64,000 bases of DNA from positions 73,223-137,222 of the forward strand of contig JAQUQR010000004.1 in assembly GCA_028715985.1 (NCBI GenBank). Reading direction: 5' to 3'. Made by a program: the position numbers and the translations under genes. The notes beneath the pieces were generated by a model that was not told where the DNA came from, searched no databases, and saw only the letters and a list, made by a program, of their open reading frames with translations. Shown one piece after another: positions 47,565-58,437 of this stretch (positions are counted from its first letter, which is position 1; every line of letters starts with the position of its first letter). Origin of the DNA: Methanocellales archaeon. Lineage in GTDB: Archaea; Halobacteriota; UBA148.

Positions 47565-47993
47565 ATGAGCAAAGGGTTATATGCAGTCAGGAAATTAAAG
47601 AAGGATAGGCAAAAGTACCGGTGGAGTGATCGCGCCTATTCTCGAAGGATGCTTCGTGTGGGTCAAAAGGCCGATCCATTAGAGGGTGCTCCCCAAGCGA
47701 GAGGTATCGTACTCGAGAAGGTTGGGGTAGAGGCAAAACAACCCAATTCTGCTATCCGAAAATGCATCAGGATACAGCTGATCAAAAACGGACGTCAATT
47801 AACTGCTTTCTGTCCAGGCGATGGTGCAATCAATTTCATCGACGAGCATGACGAAGTCCTAGTTGAAGGAATAGGTGGAAGAATGGGCGGCTCTTACGGA
47901 GATATTCCAGGTGTTGGGTGGAAGGTTATCGCTGTAAACAACGTATCATTGCCAGAGATGGTGGCAGGGCGTAAGGAGAAACCGATAAGATGA
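47565..47993 (+). CDS. rps12: Ribosomal protein S12 (uS12)
   Basis: It has [13 protein letters not shown]. Confidence 0.92.
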   Translation: MSKGLYAVRKLKKDRQKYRWSDRAYSRRMLRVGQKADPLEGAPQARGIVLEKVGVEAKQPNSAIRKCIRIQLIKNGRQLTAFCPGDGAINFIDEHDEVLVEGIGGRMGGSYGDIPGVGWKVIAVNNVSLPEMVAGRKEKPIR

Positions 47994-48547
47994 GCAAGAT
48001 ATTTGGCAAATGGGATTTTTCTGATGTAAAAATTGATGATCTGGGTGTTAAGCAGTATATCAATCTGAACTCTATTTTGTTGCCTCACACGGGTGGAAAA
48101 GCCTTACAGCAGTTTAGTAAATCAAGAAGATCCATCATAGAACGTCTCATCAACAAGGTGATGCGAAGTGAGCATAACACCGGTAAAAAAACAAAAGCTT
48201 ATAATATCGTTAAGGACGCATTTGACATTATCTACGCTAAAACCAAGGAAAATCCCATGCAATCCCTCATAAAAGCGATTGAAAATGCGGGCCCCAGGGA
48301 AGAGACCGTCCGCTTAAAATATGGCGGAATATCAGTTCCAAAAGCCGTAGATACCTCTTCACAGAGGAGAGTGGATCAGGCTTTGATGTTCATCGTACAG
48401 GGCGCTCAAAGAGCCTCATTCAAAAATAAGAGGAGCATAGAAGAGTGCCTTGCCTCTGAGATCATAGCTGCCTCAAAGTATGATGTGAAGTCTTTTTCGA
48501 TCAGCAGGAAAGGTGAGAAAGAGCGGGTTGCGAAGGCAGCACGATGA
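47990..48547 (+). CDS. rps7: Ribosomal protein S7 (uS7)
   Basis: It is 185 aa and follows S12 as expected. Confidence 0.9.
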   Translation: MSKIFGKWDFSDVKIDDLGVKQYINLNSILLPHTGGKALQQFSKSRRSIIERLINKVMRSEHNTGKKTKAYNIVKDAFDIIYAKTKENPMQSLIKAIENAGPREETVRLKYGGISVPKAVDTSSQRRVDQALMFIVQGAQRASFKNKRSIEECLASEIIAASKYDVKSFSISRKGEKERVAKAAR

Positions 48548-48822
48548 ACTCAAGGGTTCATGCTTTTATCATTGGAAGGGTTCAAGGAGTTTTCTTTAGG
48601 AGTTTTGTTGAATCAGAGGCGACATCCCTCGACATACGGGGTTGGGTGAGAAATCTAAGAGATGGCAGGGTTGAAGTTCTGGCCGAGGGCGATAAGGATG
48701 CTCTGGATGAATTGCTCAGGAGAATCAGGGAGGGCTCACCTAGGGCTCGGGTCGAGAAGGTCGATGTTATTTGGGAGGAATACGTTGGAGATCTGAAGGG
48801 GTTCAGAATCTTCTGGCTTTGA
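48544..48822 (+). CDS. acyP: Acylphosphatase
   Basis: It has [18 protein letters not shown]...[17 protein letters not shown]. Confidence 0.85.
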   Translation: MNSRVHAFIIGRVQGVFFRSFVESEATSLDIRGWVRNLRDGRVEVLAEGDKDALDELLRRIREGSPRARVEKVDVIWEEYVGDLKGFRIFWL

Positions 48823-48884
48823 TTTCATTTTGTAAAGCCTTATCCATTTTTAACCAATTAGGAAGCTGAAGAGACCTCCAATAC

Positions 48885-49490
48885 CTAAGATAAACGTAGT
48901 AGCCGTATCGCCATGACCTCCATCCAGAGTAAAGGAACACCCACCGCCATTCTTTGTAAGGCCCCCATCCAACCTTCTATCCCGCCGAAGATGAATGCCA
49001 AGCCAAGAATTGCCGTCAACAAACCGGTTGTCAAGGAGTATGGGCGATAACTCGCCCATCTTTGGTCCTTCCTGGATCGTCTGGCAATTGCGAAAGGTGC
49101 GATGGAGAACCCCAATCCTACCAGCATGGCGCCCATTACGTGCAGCATGACCGATACGTTTACAGTGCTCGGCTCTGCGTGAAAAAGTCCCACAGCGATC
49201 CAGCCAACGCCTGACATTGCTATCGAAGCTGGACCTATCTTTGAACCTTCTTTTATGCCACGATGAAATCCTAATGAAAAAGCAATCATCAATGCCCCCA
49301 ATAACATAAATCCTGCAGTGTTCATTATTATGGCATTTGGGCCCCCAACCTCTCCGAGCTCGCTCATGGGTTGCCTTAAATGGTTGTATCCGGGTCGAAG
49401 GAGCCCTATGACCATTAAAATAATGGTGTATAATATGGGGCCAACAATGCCGCAGATGGCCAGCATTCTTTGAACTGGTCGACTAGACAT
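48885..49490 (-). CDS. DUF998-like polytopic membrane protein
   Basis: It has about 6 TM helices and no catalytic motifs. The family assignment is by overall pattern only. Confidence 0.4.
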   Translation of the reverse strand: MSSRPVQRMLAICGIVGPILYTIILMVIGLLRPGYNHLRQPMSELGEVGGPNAIIMNTAGFMLLGALMIAFSLGFHRGIKEGSKIGPASIAMSGVGWIAVGLFHAEPSTVNVSVMLHVMGAMLVGLGFSIAPFAIARRSRKDQRWASYRPYSLTTGLLTAILGLAFIFGGIEGWMGALQRMAVGVPLLWMEVMAIRLLRLS

Positions 49491-49960
49491 CTTTTTTCAC
49501 CTTAGACTTCTGGAGTGTTATTAGTGCTATCCCTATTTATTATGCTTTTATATGGAATTATCTCACTTTCTGGGCCCCCTTTGCAATCGAAACGGGGATT
49601 GATTAATTATAATAAATATCTGTCAAACTAAATAAAAATATCAAATGCCGTGTTAATAAAATGCTAAACAATATTCAATATTCCAGCTACGGTTTCTTTA
49701 CTTTATACTATGTACCGCATGCCCTATACAATATATGGGGCATATAAAAACTGAGATAAAATCATGAAGTTCCGACTAAGCGTTGGAGAAGGAGAATAAT
49801 AAACTAGCAATGACAGTATCACACTTGTATCCCGAGTCCAAAAAGGATAAAGTGATATGAGGTAATACAATACTATTGGTAGGTTGACTTTAAATTTGGG
49901 GGATGTTGAACCATCGTTGTTTTTCACATAAATAATGGGGGCCCCTCTAAAAAAGAAGAG

Positions 49961-50764
49961 GTGAAAGAAATGGAGGATAAAAAACAATTGTCACCAGAAA
50001 ATATTTCGGCACCGGGAGCCTCTTACTTTGAGCTGCAAGCTTATTGGGGCGTCACAAAACATATGGGGGGTTTAAAGGCTACAAGAGAGCTAATTGAGTT
50101 ATGCCACATAAGTAAAGACAAATACGTCTTGGTTGTCGGTTGCGGCATTGGGACAACTCCTTGCTACATTGCAAAAAGATACGGTTGTAAAGTCGTGGGT
50201 ATGGATCTTTCTGAAAGGATGGTTGACAGGTTTCACAAAAAGACGAAACGAGAGCGGGTTGAACATAGGGTTGAATGTATGGTGGCAGATGCACAAAATC
50301 TCCCCTTCGATGACGCAATTTTTGACGCGGTCCTTTGCGAGTCAGTCAATGCATTCGTAGAAGACAAACAGAGAGCAGCAAGCGAGTATATGCGAGTTAC
50401 AAAGTCAGGGGGATACGTCGGGCTTAATGAGTGCATTTGGATGAAGGTACCACCTCCCGAGCTGGTCGAATATATATCTCGCATAATGGGTGCGGAGTTT
50501 CCGACTTGTAGCTGGAAAGAATTGTTGGAGGGACTGAGTGAGGTAGTAGCGAGAATTTATAAGGTTGGCATTATCAGTCAGTGGATTGACGAAGTTAGGC
50601 AGACGGATTTTTTAGATTTTTTAAGAGCATGGTGCAGGTTTCTCTTTCTGCTCCTAAAAAGTTCAGATTGCAGGAGGTTCTCAAAAGAAGCATTGGCTAT
50701 GCCCAAGAGCATTTTCGGTTTGTTCGAATATTTTGGATACGAAATATGCGTTGGTAGGAAATAA
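49961..50764 (+). CDS. Class I SAM-dependent methyltransferase
   Basis: It has the motif I VLVVGCGIGT and an acidic post-I residue (VVGMDLS). Confidence 0.7.
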   Translation: MKEMEDKKQLSPENISAPGASYFELQAYWGVTKHMGGLKATRELIELCHISKDKYVLVVGCGIGTTPCYIAKRYGCKVVGMDLSERMVDRFHKKTKRERVEHRVECMVADAQNLPFDDAIFDAVLCESVNAFVEDKQRAASEYMRVTKSGGYVGLNECIWMKVPPPELVEYISRIMGAEFPTCSWKELLEGLSEVVARIYKVGIISQWIDEVRQTDFLDFLRAWCRFLFLLLKSSDCRRFSKEALAMPKSIFGLFEYFGYEICVGRK

Positions 50765-50872
50765 AAGGGGTTTGTTCTATTGGGCTTCGCGAAGGTTCAT
50801 GGGGGCTAAGTGGGGCTTTCCATAATATTTATGGGATTTGTGAGAAGTGTAAGATATTCTGATTTTGGAGGT

Positions 50873-51067
50873 TCAATCCTCGAAAATGAATAATTCGTCA
50901 ATGGTCGTTTTTAAGGCTTTAGCAATATCGTGGGCTAATTTGAGCGAAGGATTGTACTTTCCTTTTTCCAAGAAGAGGATGGTCTCTCTCCGAGCTCCGA
51001 CCATTTTGGCAAGATCCTCTTGGGTTAAATCGTACCGTGCTCTGAATTCCTTTATTCGGGTTTTCAT
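50873..51067 (-). CDS. XRE-family (Cro/C1-type) HTH transcriptional regulator
   Basis: It is 64 aa with [39 protein letters not shown]. Confidence 0.85.
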   Translation of the reverse strand: MKTRIKEFRARYDLTQEDLAKMVGARRETILFLEKGKYNPSLKLAHDIAKALKTTIDELFIFED

Positions 51068-51474
51068 TTTGTATCCCCCTTTCTTGCGAGGTATAGATAG
51101 GATGCCACAAAAACGAATCCTGAGACCAGTACCACAACTGCTGCAACATGATGACCTTCAAGCTCAATGTCCCATATGATTCCTGCGAGTAGATTGCTAC
51201 CAACTGCACTCCAAATTGCGGCGATAAAGCCATAGTGTCCTGCTTTATAACTGACTTGCACCAACCGTTCGTCTGTAGCAGGCAATCCCTTATTTATATT
51301 TTTTAGCCTGTCCCACAATACAAAGGCCGCAAAAGCTACCAATGTTAAGGCTATCCCTATTGATGTTATATCACTTAATTCGATATTTCCTGCAGATTTT
51401 ACGAAAAAGGCCAGCGTCACTAGTACTGCAAATGCTATCCCAATGCCTGCAAAAATTCCGAGTTTATCTTTCAT
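51064..51474 (-). CDS. Four-TM small membrane protein (DUF2178-like), co-operonic with the XRE regulator
   Basis: It has a 4-nt ATGA overlap with the XRE gene. The preferred start ATG 51474 is preceded by AAGAGGTGG. The longer track ORF (to 51579) adds an N/K-rich low-complexity leader that is probably non-coding. Confidence 0.6.
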   Translation of the reverse strand: MKDKLGIFAGIGIAFAVLVTLAFFVKSAGNIELSDITSIGIALTLVAFAAFVLWDRLKNINKGLPATDERLVQVSYKAGHYGFIAAIWSAVGSNLLAGIIWDIELEGHHVAAVVVLVSGFVFVASYLYLARKGDTK

Positions 51475-51559
51475 ATTTTTCCACCTCTTTTTATTTATGT
51501 TAGTTAATGACAACTTTTTATTAGATGTCAATAACTTTTTATTATCTATTTCTAACATT

Positions 51560-51579
51560 ATGTTATGTATACATAACAT
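51560..51579. promoter_or_regulatory. Perfect 20-bp palindrome ATGTTATGTATACATAACAT upstream of the membrane-protein/XRE operon; candidate operator
   Basis: It is its own reverse complement and lies about 85 bp upstream of the preferred start. Flanking direct repeats aactttttatta occur twice. Confidence 0.4.
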
Positions 51580-51895
51580 GAGGTATTTATAGTTTTCTGC
51601 TCTTTGTACTGCATAATTTTTTGAGTAGACTTGAATATAGGGAAAGCTTTGGAAAGAGGAAACTCATGGCTGGAATAAATCATCCAATATAAAGAAACCT
51701 TCCATTTTTTATACACGTGCTGAAATCCGTCTCAGGAAAACTTTCATTTGCACTCCTTTCTGAATGTTTGAACTCTTTTAACCCCTTGGTAAATCTTTAT
51801 TTATATTCAGAATTGATATATTCTGAAGAGGGTTGGTATGTGGGCGGAAAGAAAACACCGTCTTAAGTTTAACAATGGGGTGGAATTGAGGCAAT

Positions 51896-52171
51896 ATGTT
51901 TAAGAAATGTCCTGGCGTTAGGGATGTTTTGCGGCCAGATATAATAGTGAGAACATGTCCCTCTTGTGGGGATGATGTGGAGTTTTTTAGCGACGAGACA
52001 GAAGCAGATTGCCCCTCTTGTGGGAGAACGTTGCATAGGGATGCAACCCCTTCATGTGTCAGTTGGTGTGAGTATGCCTCAAAATGTATTGAAGACTTGG
52101 TGGAAAGAAAACTCATAACTCCATCTAGGGCGGAGGAACTTATGAAGATGGCAAAGAAGGCCAATAAATAG
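51896..52171 (+). CDS. Small Cys-rich zinc-ribbon protein (hypothetical)
   Basis: It has CPSCG...CPSCG pairs plus further Cys residues. Confidence 0.45.
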   Translation: MFKKCPGVRDVLRPDIIVRTCPSCGDDVEFFSDETEADCPSCGRTLHRDATPSCVSWCEYASKCIEDLVERKLITPSRAEELMKMAKKANK

Positions 52172-52382
52172 GTTGCTCGTCTTTTTGTATACTGGCTTAT
52201 TCAAGCGTTTCTCTTTCGAATCCCGGTAATATTGATTTTATGGGAGCGATAAAGCACATAATTTTTTTTAAATATTTTAAGTAATTATCATACTTCAACG
52301 TGCAAAAATCTAAAGATACGCTATTTATTTACACAGAATACAAATTTGCTTTTGTTCCCTGAGTGAATTTCCCTCTTTTATT

Positions 52383-52664
52383 TTATTCTGTTAGCTCCTC
52401 AACTTCTTTCCTGCCCTCTTCCAAGGCCTCTAATTGCTCTTCATCATCTTTTAATAGCAACGTTTGGAATTCCCCCACATGTTCCTTTTCCTCTCTTGCT
52501 ACGTCCAAAAGGACTTTCTTGATGTTTTTGTTCTCGGTCATAGCTGCCATTTGTTCATAGAGATTTATGGCATCTAGTTCTGCTATTACTCCAGCTCTTA
52601 ATATCTCTTTATCCAAGTCTTCTTTTTTCGCTCTTTCAAGGTTTATGGGTATTTTTGATAGCAT
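52383..52664 (-). CDS. Small ferritin-like (ExxH) domain protein, rubrerythrin/EncFtn-like
   Basis: It is 93 aa with INLYEQMA ... EEKEHVGEF. Confidence 0.45.
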   Translation of the reverse strand: MLSKIPINLERAKKEDLDKEILRAGVIAELDAINLYEQMAAMTENKNIKKVLLDVAREEKEHVGEFQTLLLKDDEEQLEALEEGRKEVEELTE

Positions 52665-53083
52665 ATTTTCGATTCTCCTTTTTTGACATACAGTTAATAT
52701 CCAGCTTCTATTTAACCAAGGTATCTTTCTTCCTTATATCCTAATAAGAGTTTTGTGTTTCTTCTGATTCCACCAATCGATCCTTAATTGGGTCATGCTC
52801 CAGCTCCACTAACTCATTTAATTCTATGTTTGTTCTGCTTTTTAGGGTGATCAGCATTCTTCCGATTACAGCAAATCTCACGGGCCTCTAATTATAATGA
52901 ATGCTTGTTACCGCCTATAAATTTTGCGTACACTAGCTGAAATATATTTTTCTTCGCCTACCTGTGAAAAATTTTTATTGTCTTAAGCCAAAATGCATCC
53001 AATCTCCGGAGAAAAATTATTCTCGTCAAACATTTATAAGGTTAAGTGATAATGGTAGTGAATGATAAATAATGGTAGTCAAT

Positions 53084-53740
53084 ATGGAAGTCATCAGTCT
53101 GATTTGCAAGGATGAACCTGGCGTATTAAGAGACGTATCCGGCACTGTAGCCAAGCACAATGGCAATATCAAGTATGTTCAGTTGTTTATCATCGAACGG
53201 GGCAAGCATAAAGGAAATGCCTTGATATACATGGAGATCGATGTTGAGGAAGTGGCTCCACTCATCTCTGATCTGAATTCATTGGCTTCTGTGCTAGAGG
53301 TTGCCACACCGCCATCTTTCAGTGACATCTACGGCTCCCGCGTTATAATCGTTGGCGGTGGAGCACAAGTCGCACAAGTAGCTATGGGTGCTATCAATGA
53401 GGCGGATCGACACAATATTCGGGGCGAAAGAATAAGCATCGACACCATCCCTCTTGTGGGGGAGGATTCTTTGGCGGATTCGGTAGCAGCTGTATCACGC
53501 CTCCCTAGGGCGGAAATACTCATTTTAGCAGGCTCGTTGATGGGTGGAAGAATTACCAAAGAGGTTGAGAAGTTACGTGAGGCAGGCATTCCAGTCATAG
53601 CACTCAACATGGCTGGGAGCGTGCCAGATGCAGTGGATCTGGTTGTGACAGATCCCATTCAAGCGGGAACGTTTGCGGTGATGCATGTGGCCAAGACGGC
53701 TGAGTTCGATCTGAAGAAGGTCAAGGGGAGGAGATTTTAG
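53084..53740 (+). CDS. ACT-domain protein with a C-terminal Rossmann-like domain (predicted amino-acid-metabolism regulator family)
   Basis: The N-terminal ACT-like segment is VISLICKDEPGVLRDVSGTVAKHNGNI. The C-terminal segment is VIIVGGGAQVAQVAMGA. Confidence 0.5.
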   Translation: MEVISLICKDEPGVLRDVSGTVAKHNGNIKYVQLFIIERGKHKGNALIYMEIDVEEVAPLISDLNSLASVLEVATPPSFSDIYGSRVIIVGGGAQVAQVAMGAINEADRHNIRGERISIDTIPLVGEDSLADSVAAVSRLPRAEILILAGSLMGGRITKEVEKLREAGIPVIALNMAGSVPDAVDLVVTDPIQAGTFAVMHVAKTAEFDLKKVKGRRF

Positions 53741-54248
53741 CTTCAAACCTCTTTTTGATCGTTTCTGGAAAGTTTGCGTTCAATTCAAAGTACTCCAGGA
53801 ATGCATCCGTGGTGCTGATCACATTCGTTCTACCTTTTTTGGTGCTAACGATCAATCCCCTCTCTTCCAACTCTGAGATGTGGGAATAGGCCTTATTACC
53901 TCTGATGCCAACGACATCTGATTGTGTGATTGGCTGGTGGTAGGCTATCACTGACAGTGTTCTGAGTACAGGTGTGCTGAGATCCTTGGGTGCTATCTTC
54001 TCCACACTTTCTGCATATTTCTGCTTGATCTGTATCAGATATTTATCATTGATCTTGATCAGCTCAAGCGCAGTATCCCGGGCTTTATATTCTTCGATGA
54101 GGGCTTGCATTATGCTGGAGACTTCTCCCGATGAACGGCCGATAAGTTCAGCCAATTCAGCCGTAGATAGTGCCCTGCCTGTAGCGAAAAGGGCTGCCTC
54201 CAGAATTTTTTTATCATTCATGTCTACATTTAACGTACAGATCGCCAA
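53721..54248 (-). CDS. scpB: Segregation and condensation protein B
   Basis: It has ILEAALFATGRALSTAELAEL...AYHQPITQSDVVGIRG (winged helix). The start may be M10 (54221). Confidence 0.85.
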   Translation of the reverse strand: MAICTLNVDMNDKKILEAALFATGRALSTAELAELIGRSSGEVSSIMQALIEEYKARDTALELIKINDKYLIQIKQKYAESVEKIAPKDLSTPVLRTLSVIAYHQPITQSDVVGIRGNKAYSHISELEERGLIVSTKKGRTNVISTTDAFLEYFELNANFPETIKKRFEAKISSP

Positions 54249-54882
54249 ACAGCTCTTTTTGCTCTAACCAGATTTGCTTTCTGTCTGCCATGAACAGCAA
54301 TGGAACGTATGTTCGGATGATGCATGAAGGCGTCCTCTCTTCAATCAGTTCATCGAACATGACACGATCTTGCTTTTGGAATTTTTTACTCAGCTTGCTC
54401 CCTATCGTTTGTATCATGCCCTCGATATCCTCTTCATGCGCGATCTTGAGCACATCTTCCGGGGTAGGCATGCACTCCACTTTTATAAGCCGCCTCTTAT
54501 TGCTTCGCTCCTTTCGATCCATTGCCTTTTTCAATTCGTCTATTAACTCACTAAGTGTCACAGGTCTCTTGGATTCTCTCCTTATCCTCGGGTGTAAGGA
54601 GGGGTATTCATCCGTCTGAAAGTACTCGGGTTGGAAGCCAAATAGTTCCCACTCAAACTCCTCTTCCTCTTGCTTTTTGTCTACCAGTACTTCTGATTTC
54701 ATGCGCAAGAGCATTGAAGCGTAGAGGAGGGTCCTGCCAGATACTCTGAGATCCAGCTGTTTGAGCTCCTCTAATTTTTTGAGAAACTTATCCGTTACAT
54801 CTATTATGTCGATGTTCCAAGGGTCGATCTCGCCTTTAGAAGCAAGCTCCACCAAGATCTCAACTGGCTCTATCGTATCCAT
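54214..54882 (-). CDS. scpA: Segregation and condensation protein A (kleisin)
   Basis: It has ILVELASKGEIDPWNIDIIDVTDKFL and lies immediately downstream of smc. Confidence 0.85.
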   Translation of the reverse strand: MDTIEPVEILVELASKGEIDPWNIDIIDVTDKFLKKLEELKQLDLRVSGRTLLYASMLLRMKSEVLVDKKQEEEEFEWELFGFQPEYFQTDEYPSLHPRIRRESKRPVTLSELIDELKKAMDRKERSNKRRLIKVECMPTPEDVLKIAHEEDIEGMIQTIGSKLSKKFQKQDRVMFDELIEERTPSCIIRTYVPLLFMADRKQIWLEQKELFGDLYVKCRHE

Positions 54883-54915
54883 CTCTATCTATCTATTCAT
54901 CCATCTATCTATCCG

Positions 54916-57900
54916 TCAATTCAACATCACGCCTGTTATGCTGGAGACATTATCTTCCTGCATCGTTACGCCTATGGTTCTATCTGCGGATTCTATCATC
55001 GGTTTTCTTAGTGACACGACTATGAACTGCCCGTCTTTCGAGGCATCCTTTATCACTTTCGCGACCCTTTCCGCATTAGAGCCATCCAGATACATGTCGA
55101 TTTCATCAAACACATAGAATGGGGAAGGTCTGTGTTTTTGTATCGCTAAAATGAATGCTAGTGCAGTCAAGCTCTTCTCTCCTCCGGACAAAGCCTCCAT
55201 GTGATGTATTGCCTTACCAGACGGCTCAGCCTTGATGGATAACCCTCCTGCGAATGGATCCTCCCAGTTCTCAAGTATCAGTTCCCCTTCTCCATCCGAT
55301 AGTCGAGCGAACACATCCTTAAAGTGCGCGTTGATTGCCAGAAAATTCTCCATGAATGTGTCTTTCTTCATCTGTTCATATTGCTTTATCCTGTTGAGGA
55401 GCTCATTTCGCTCCTCGAACAACACATCTCTCTTTTGTTGGAGGTCCTGCTGACGATCTTGAACCTGTTCATATTCCTCTATGGCACGCATGTTTACCGG
55501 CTCTAATGCTGCCATCTCGCTTTCCAAGCTCACAATTTTTTCTTTGATGGAATTGCTCGATGGGATATCTTTTGCATCTTGTATTCCTGCGGAAATGATC
55601 TCCCTGTCTATATCGTTGAACTGTACCTGCAATTCCTCCCTGGTGGCTTCGAGAGATCCCATCTTCACATCCACCAAATCTATATTCCTCTGGACATCGC
55701 CCTTCTCAGTCTCAGCCTTAACCTGCTCGCTCAATAATTCGTCTCTAATTTCACGCAGATCAGCCAATTCGGTTTCCAGTTCATTCTTTCTGTCTTCCCC
55801 GATCTCTAGGTCCTTCTCAAGCCCAACGATTTGGTCCCCGTTCCCTTTTATCTTGGTGTTTAGCAGGCCCTTTCTTTCCTCTAGCGAACCCAGCCTCTCC
55901 TTGTGCTCCTCTACTCTTGATGCACAGAAGTCCCTTTCTATGTGCAGCGCATTCATTCTGACATCTATCTCACGTGCCCTGTCCTCCAACCGTCTGATCT
56001 CAGACTCCATTCTATCGGACTCATTTGCTAGCGATGGTATCTCTGATCCCGCGAGTTCAGCTTCCAGCCCTTCGATTTCGCTTCCAAGAGCGGAAATTTT
56101 GTCATCAGCTTCCGCGATCGAAAGCTCTATAGATGCTATCTCATCTCCCAATCTTTTTCTCGCTGTGGATATGCTCCCTATTTCATCCTCTTTTATCTTG
56201 ATTAATTCGTTATATCGATCTTTTAACTCCTCTCGATCCGCCAACATCCTTTTCTTTCCAGCGATTTCGGTATCTATGTCTGTTGTGCCCCTGATGGTGG
56301 AGGATATTTGGCTTTCGATGGCATCCATGTCCTCAATGCATTTTTGCCGCTTAGATTCATAGATGGTTATCTGTTCCGCCAGCTCTCTTAGCTTGTCCTC
56401 CTCTGTTGCAACGAACTTGAACCTCGATTTCGGAGCCGTGCCGCCGGTCATCGCACCGCTCTTTTCGATCAAATCCCCCTCAATTGTCACCATCCTTCTG
56501 GGCATCAGTTCTCTTGCTGCATCCAGATCGCTAACCACGAGCGTATCTCCAAAAACATAGCTGAATGCTGCATTGAATTGGGGGTCGTATTCCACAAGAT
56601 TTATCGCATAATCGATTACGCCTTTTTCTTTGACCTCTTCCAGCAGCCTGGGTTTTTGCATTTTGTTCAGCGGCAGGAAGGTCGCTCGGCCCGAACCATC
56701 CGCCTTCAAAAACTCGATAGCACGCGTGGCATCTTCATCCGTGCTGACGACTATGCACTGCATTCTGCTCCCAGCTGCGATCTCCAATGCTAACGCATAT
56801 TTTTCGTCGACTTTGCCCAGTTCAGCGATCGTTCCATAGATGCCTGACAGCATGCGATCTTTTTTCGCGCTTAAAATTCTTTCAACCGCATGGTAATATC
56901 TCGTCTCTTCTGCCGCTTTTACTCTCGCTTCTATCTTGGCATATTCCTGCTGGAGATTCCATAATTTGTTTTCTGCTTCGCTCAATTCTCTTTTCAGATC
57001 GAATTTTTTGCCTTCCAGATCTTTTTTGTAATCTGACTTCTTTTTAAGCTCCTTTTCAAGCTCTCTGAGCTCTTCGTGGATTTGCCTAATTTCGCTCTCA
57101 GCTTGATAAATGCGCTCCCTGGCGTTCGATATCTCTCTCTCGGCCCTGCTCACCTCGGCATCATTTCGCCTCATCTCATCGAGCAATCGATCCTTCGCTC
57201 GGAGCAATTCGTTTTTATCATCCCTCTTTTGTTCTATCTGCTTTTTGAACTCTACGAGGCTATCGCGTGTGCCGGCAAATTTTGCATCCACCTTTGCGAT
57301 TTTAGCCTGAATTATGGATAATGCTTCTTTTCTATCGCTCATCTCTGCGAGCAAGCTCCCCTTTCGGACCTCCTCTTCTCCCGCTTGGGCTGTCAGCCCT
57401 TCTATCTTGTGTTGCGTCCTATCTATCTCGATGAACGTTCCCCTTCGCTCCTTCTCAAGCTCTTCTATTTCGTTTTGGGAAAATTCGATGGCATTCTTGC
57501 AGAAAGCGATCTTGCCCTGGAGGTCCATGATACCCTCTTTTATCTTGATCTGTTCGTCCTCCCCTTTCATCAGGATTTGTTCGTTTAAAGTGCCTAATTT
57601 TTCCTCCAGCTCCGATATCCTAGCTCGGATACCAGTTATCTCGCCTACCAAGCCGTCTTTCCTCGAATTTTGGATTTGCAGCTCTTTGATGACTTTTTTC
57701 AGCTTTCCGCTAACGCTTTCCCTTTTTGCCAGTAGAGTGAAAGCTTCATAGCGATGTTTTTCGTTCCGAAGCGCTTGATATTTGAGTGCCTGCTCCCTTT
57801 CACCAGACAATTGCTCCAGTCTGGAGTTCACCTCAGAGAGGAGGATCTCAGCGTGATCTATGCGCTCTCTAACGGTTTCAAGCTCTTTTAAGGATCGCTC

Positions 57901-58437
57901 TTTTTTCTCATCGAATTCTGCGACACCTGCGATCTCATCTATGACCTTTCTCCGCTCTGTGGGGCTCATGCTAATGGTCCTGGTGATGTCCCCTTGCACG
58001 ACCACATTATAACCTTCCGGGAATATCTTGGACTTGGAGAGATATGTCCGAAGCTCGCTTAGGCTGCACGGCCTGTCGTTAAGATAATAGTTGCTGTAAT
58101 AGCCTGCTTCGGTCCGCTGAATCCTCCTCTTTACTTTGACCACATCCTGGTCGAGGGGGAATTCCCTGTCAGCATTATCAAAATTGATGGTCACTTCCGC
58201 ATGGTCTGGGTTTTTCCCGTTAACATTGTATATGAGGTCTGTCAGCCTTTCAGCCCTCATCATTTTGGAAGAGGATAAACCCAGTACGAAAAGGATGGCA
58301 TCGATGATGTTCGACTTTCCGCTGCCATTGGGCCCAGATATGGTCGTGAAATCATCGAAAAAGGAAATCTTCACCCTTTTTCCAAAAGACTTAAAATTCC
58401 TGAGATCGATATCTTTTATATGCAAGGCTAGCCCCAT
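54916..58437 (-). CDS. smc: Chromosome partition protein SMC
   Basis: It has the N-terminal Walker A GPNGSGKSN, long coiled coils, a hinge, and C-terminal LSGGEKSLTALAF plus the D-loop YVFDEIDMYLD. Confidence 0.95.
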   Translation of the reverse strand: MGLALHIKDIDLRNFKSFGKRVKISFFDDFTTISGPNGSGKSNIIDAILFVLGLSSSKMMRAERLTDLIYNVNGKNPDHAEVTINFDNADREFPLDQDVVKVKRRIQRTEAGYYSNYYLNDRPCSLSELRTYLSKSKIFPEGYNVVVQGDITRTISMSPTERRKVIDEIAGVAEFDEKKERSLKELETVRERIDHAEILLSEVNSRLEQLSGEREQALKYQALRNEKHRYEAFTLLAKRESVSGKLKKVIKELQIQNSRKDGLVGEITGIRARISELEEKLGTLNEQILMKGEDEQIKIKEGIMDLQGKIAFCKNAIEFSQNEIEELEKERRGTFIEIDRTQHKIEGLTAQAGEEEVRKGSLLAEMSDRKEALSIIQAKIAKVDAKFAGTRDSLVEFKKQIEQKRDDKNELLRAKDRLLDEMRRNDAEVSRAEREISNARERIYQAESEIRQIHEELRELEKELKKKSDYKKDLEGKKFDLKRELSEAENKLWNLQQEYAKIEARVKAAEETRYYHAVERILSAKKDRMLSGIYGTIAELGKVDEKYALALEIAAGSRMQCIVVSTDEDATRAIEFLKADGSGRATFLPLNKMQKPRLLEEVKEKGVIDYAINLVEYDPQFNAAFSYVFGDTLVVSDLDAARELMPRRMVTIEGDLIEKSGAMTGGTAPKSRFKFVATEEDKLRELAEQITIYESKRQKCIEDMDAIESQISSTIRGTTDIDTEIAGKKRMLADREELKDRYNELIKIKEDEIGSISTARKRLGDEIASIELSIAEADDKISALGSEIEGLEAELAGSEIPSLANESDRMESEIRRLEDRAREIDVRMNALHIERDFCASRVEEHKERLGSLEERKGLLNTKIKGNGDQIVGLEKDLEIGEDRKNELETELADLREIRDELLSEQVKAETEKGDVQRNIDLVDVKMGSLEATREELQVQFNDIDREIISAGIQDAKDIPSSNSIKEKIVSLESEMAALEPVNMRAIEEYEQVQDRQQDLQQKRDVLFEERNELLNRIKQYEQMKKDTFMENFLAINAHFKDVFARLSDGEGELILENWEDPFAGGLSIKAEPSGKAIHHMEALSGGEKSLTALAFILAIQKHRPSPFYVFDEIDMYLDGSNAERVAKVIKDASKDGQFIVVSLRKPMIESADRTIGVTMQEDNVSSITGVMLN

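Noticed and set aside
51475-51579. Longer N-terminal extension of the membrane-protein ORF (MLCIHNIMLEIDNKKLL...)
   Set aside because: The extension is N/K-rich low complexity from AT-rich DNA and contains the palindrome. The internal ATG at 51474 has a strong GAGGTGG RBS.
55481-56362. Ser-rich 293-aa plus-strand ORF and many other 60-150-aa ORFs antisense to smc, lhr, leuA and rpoB
   Set aside because: They lie within strongly supported genes on the opposite strand, have skewed or low-complexity composition and show no recognisable motifs.
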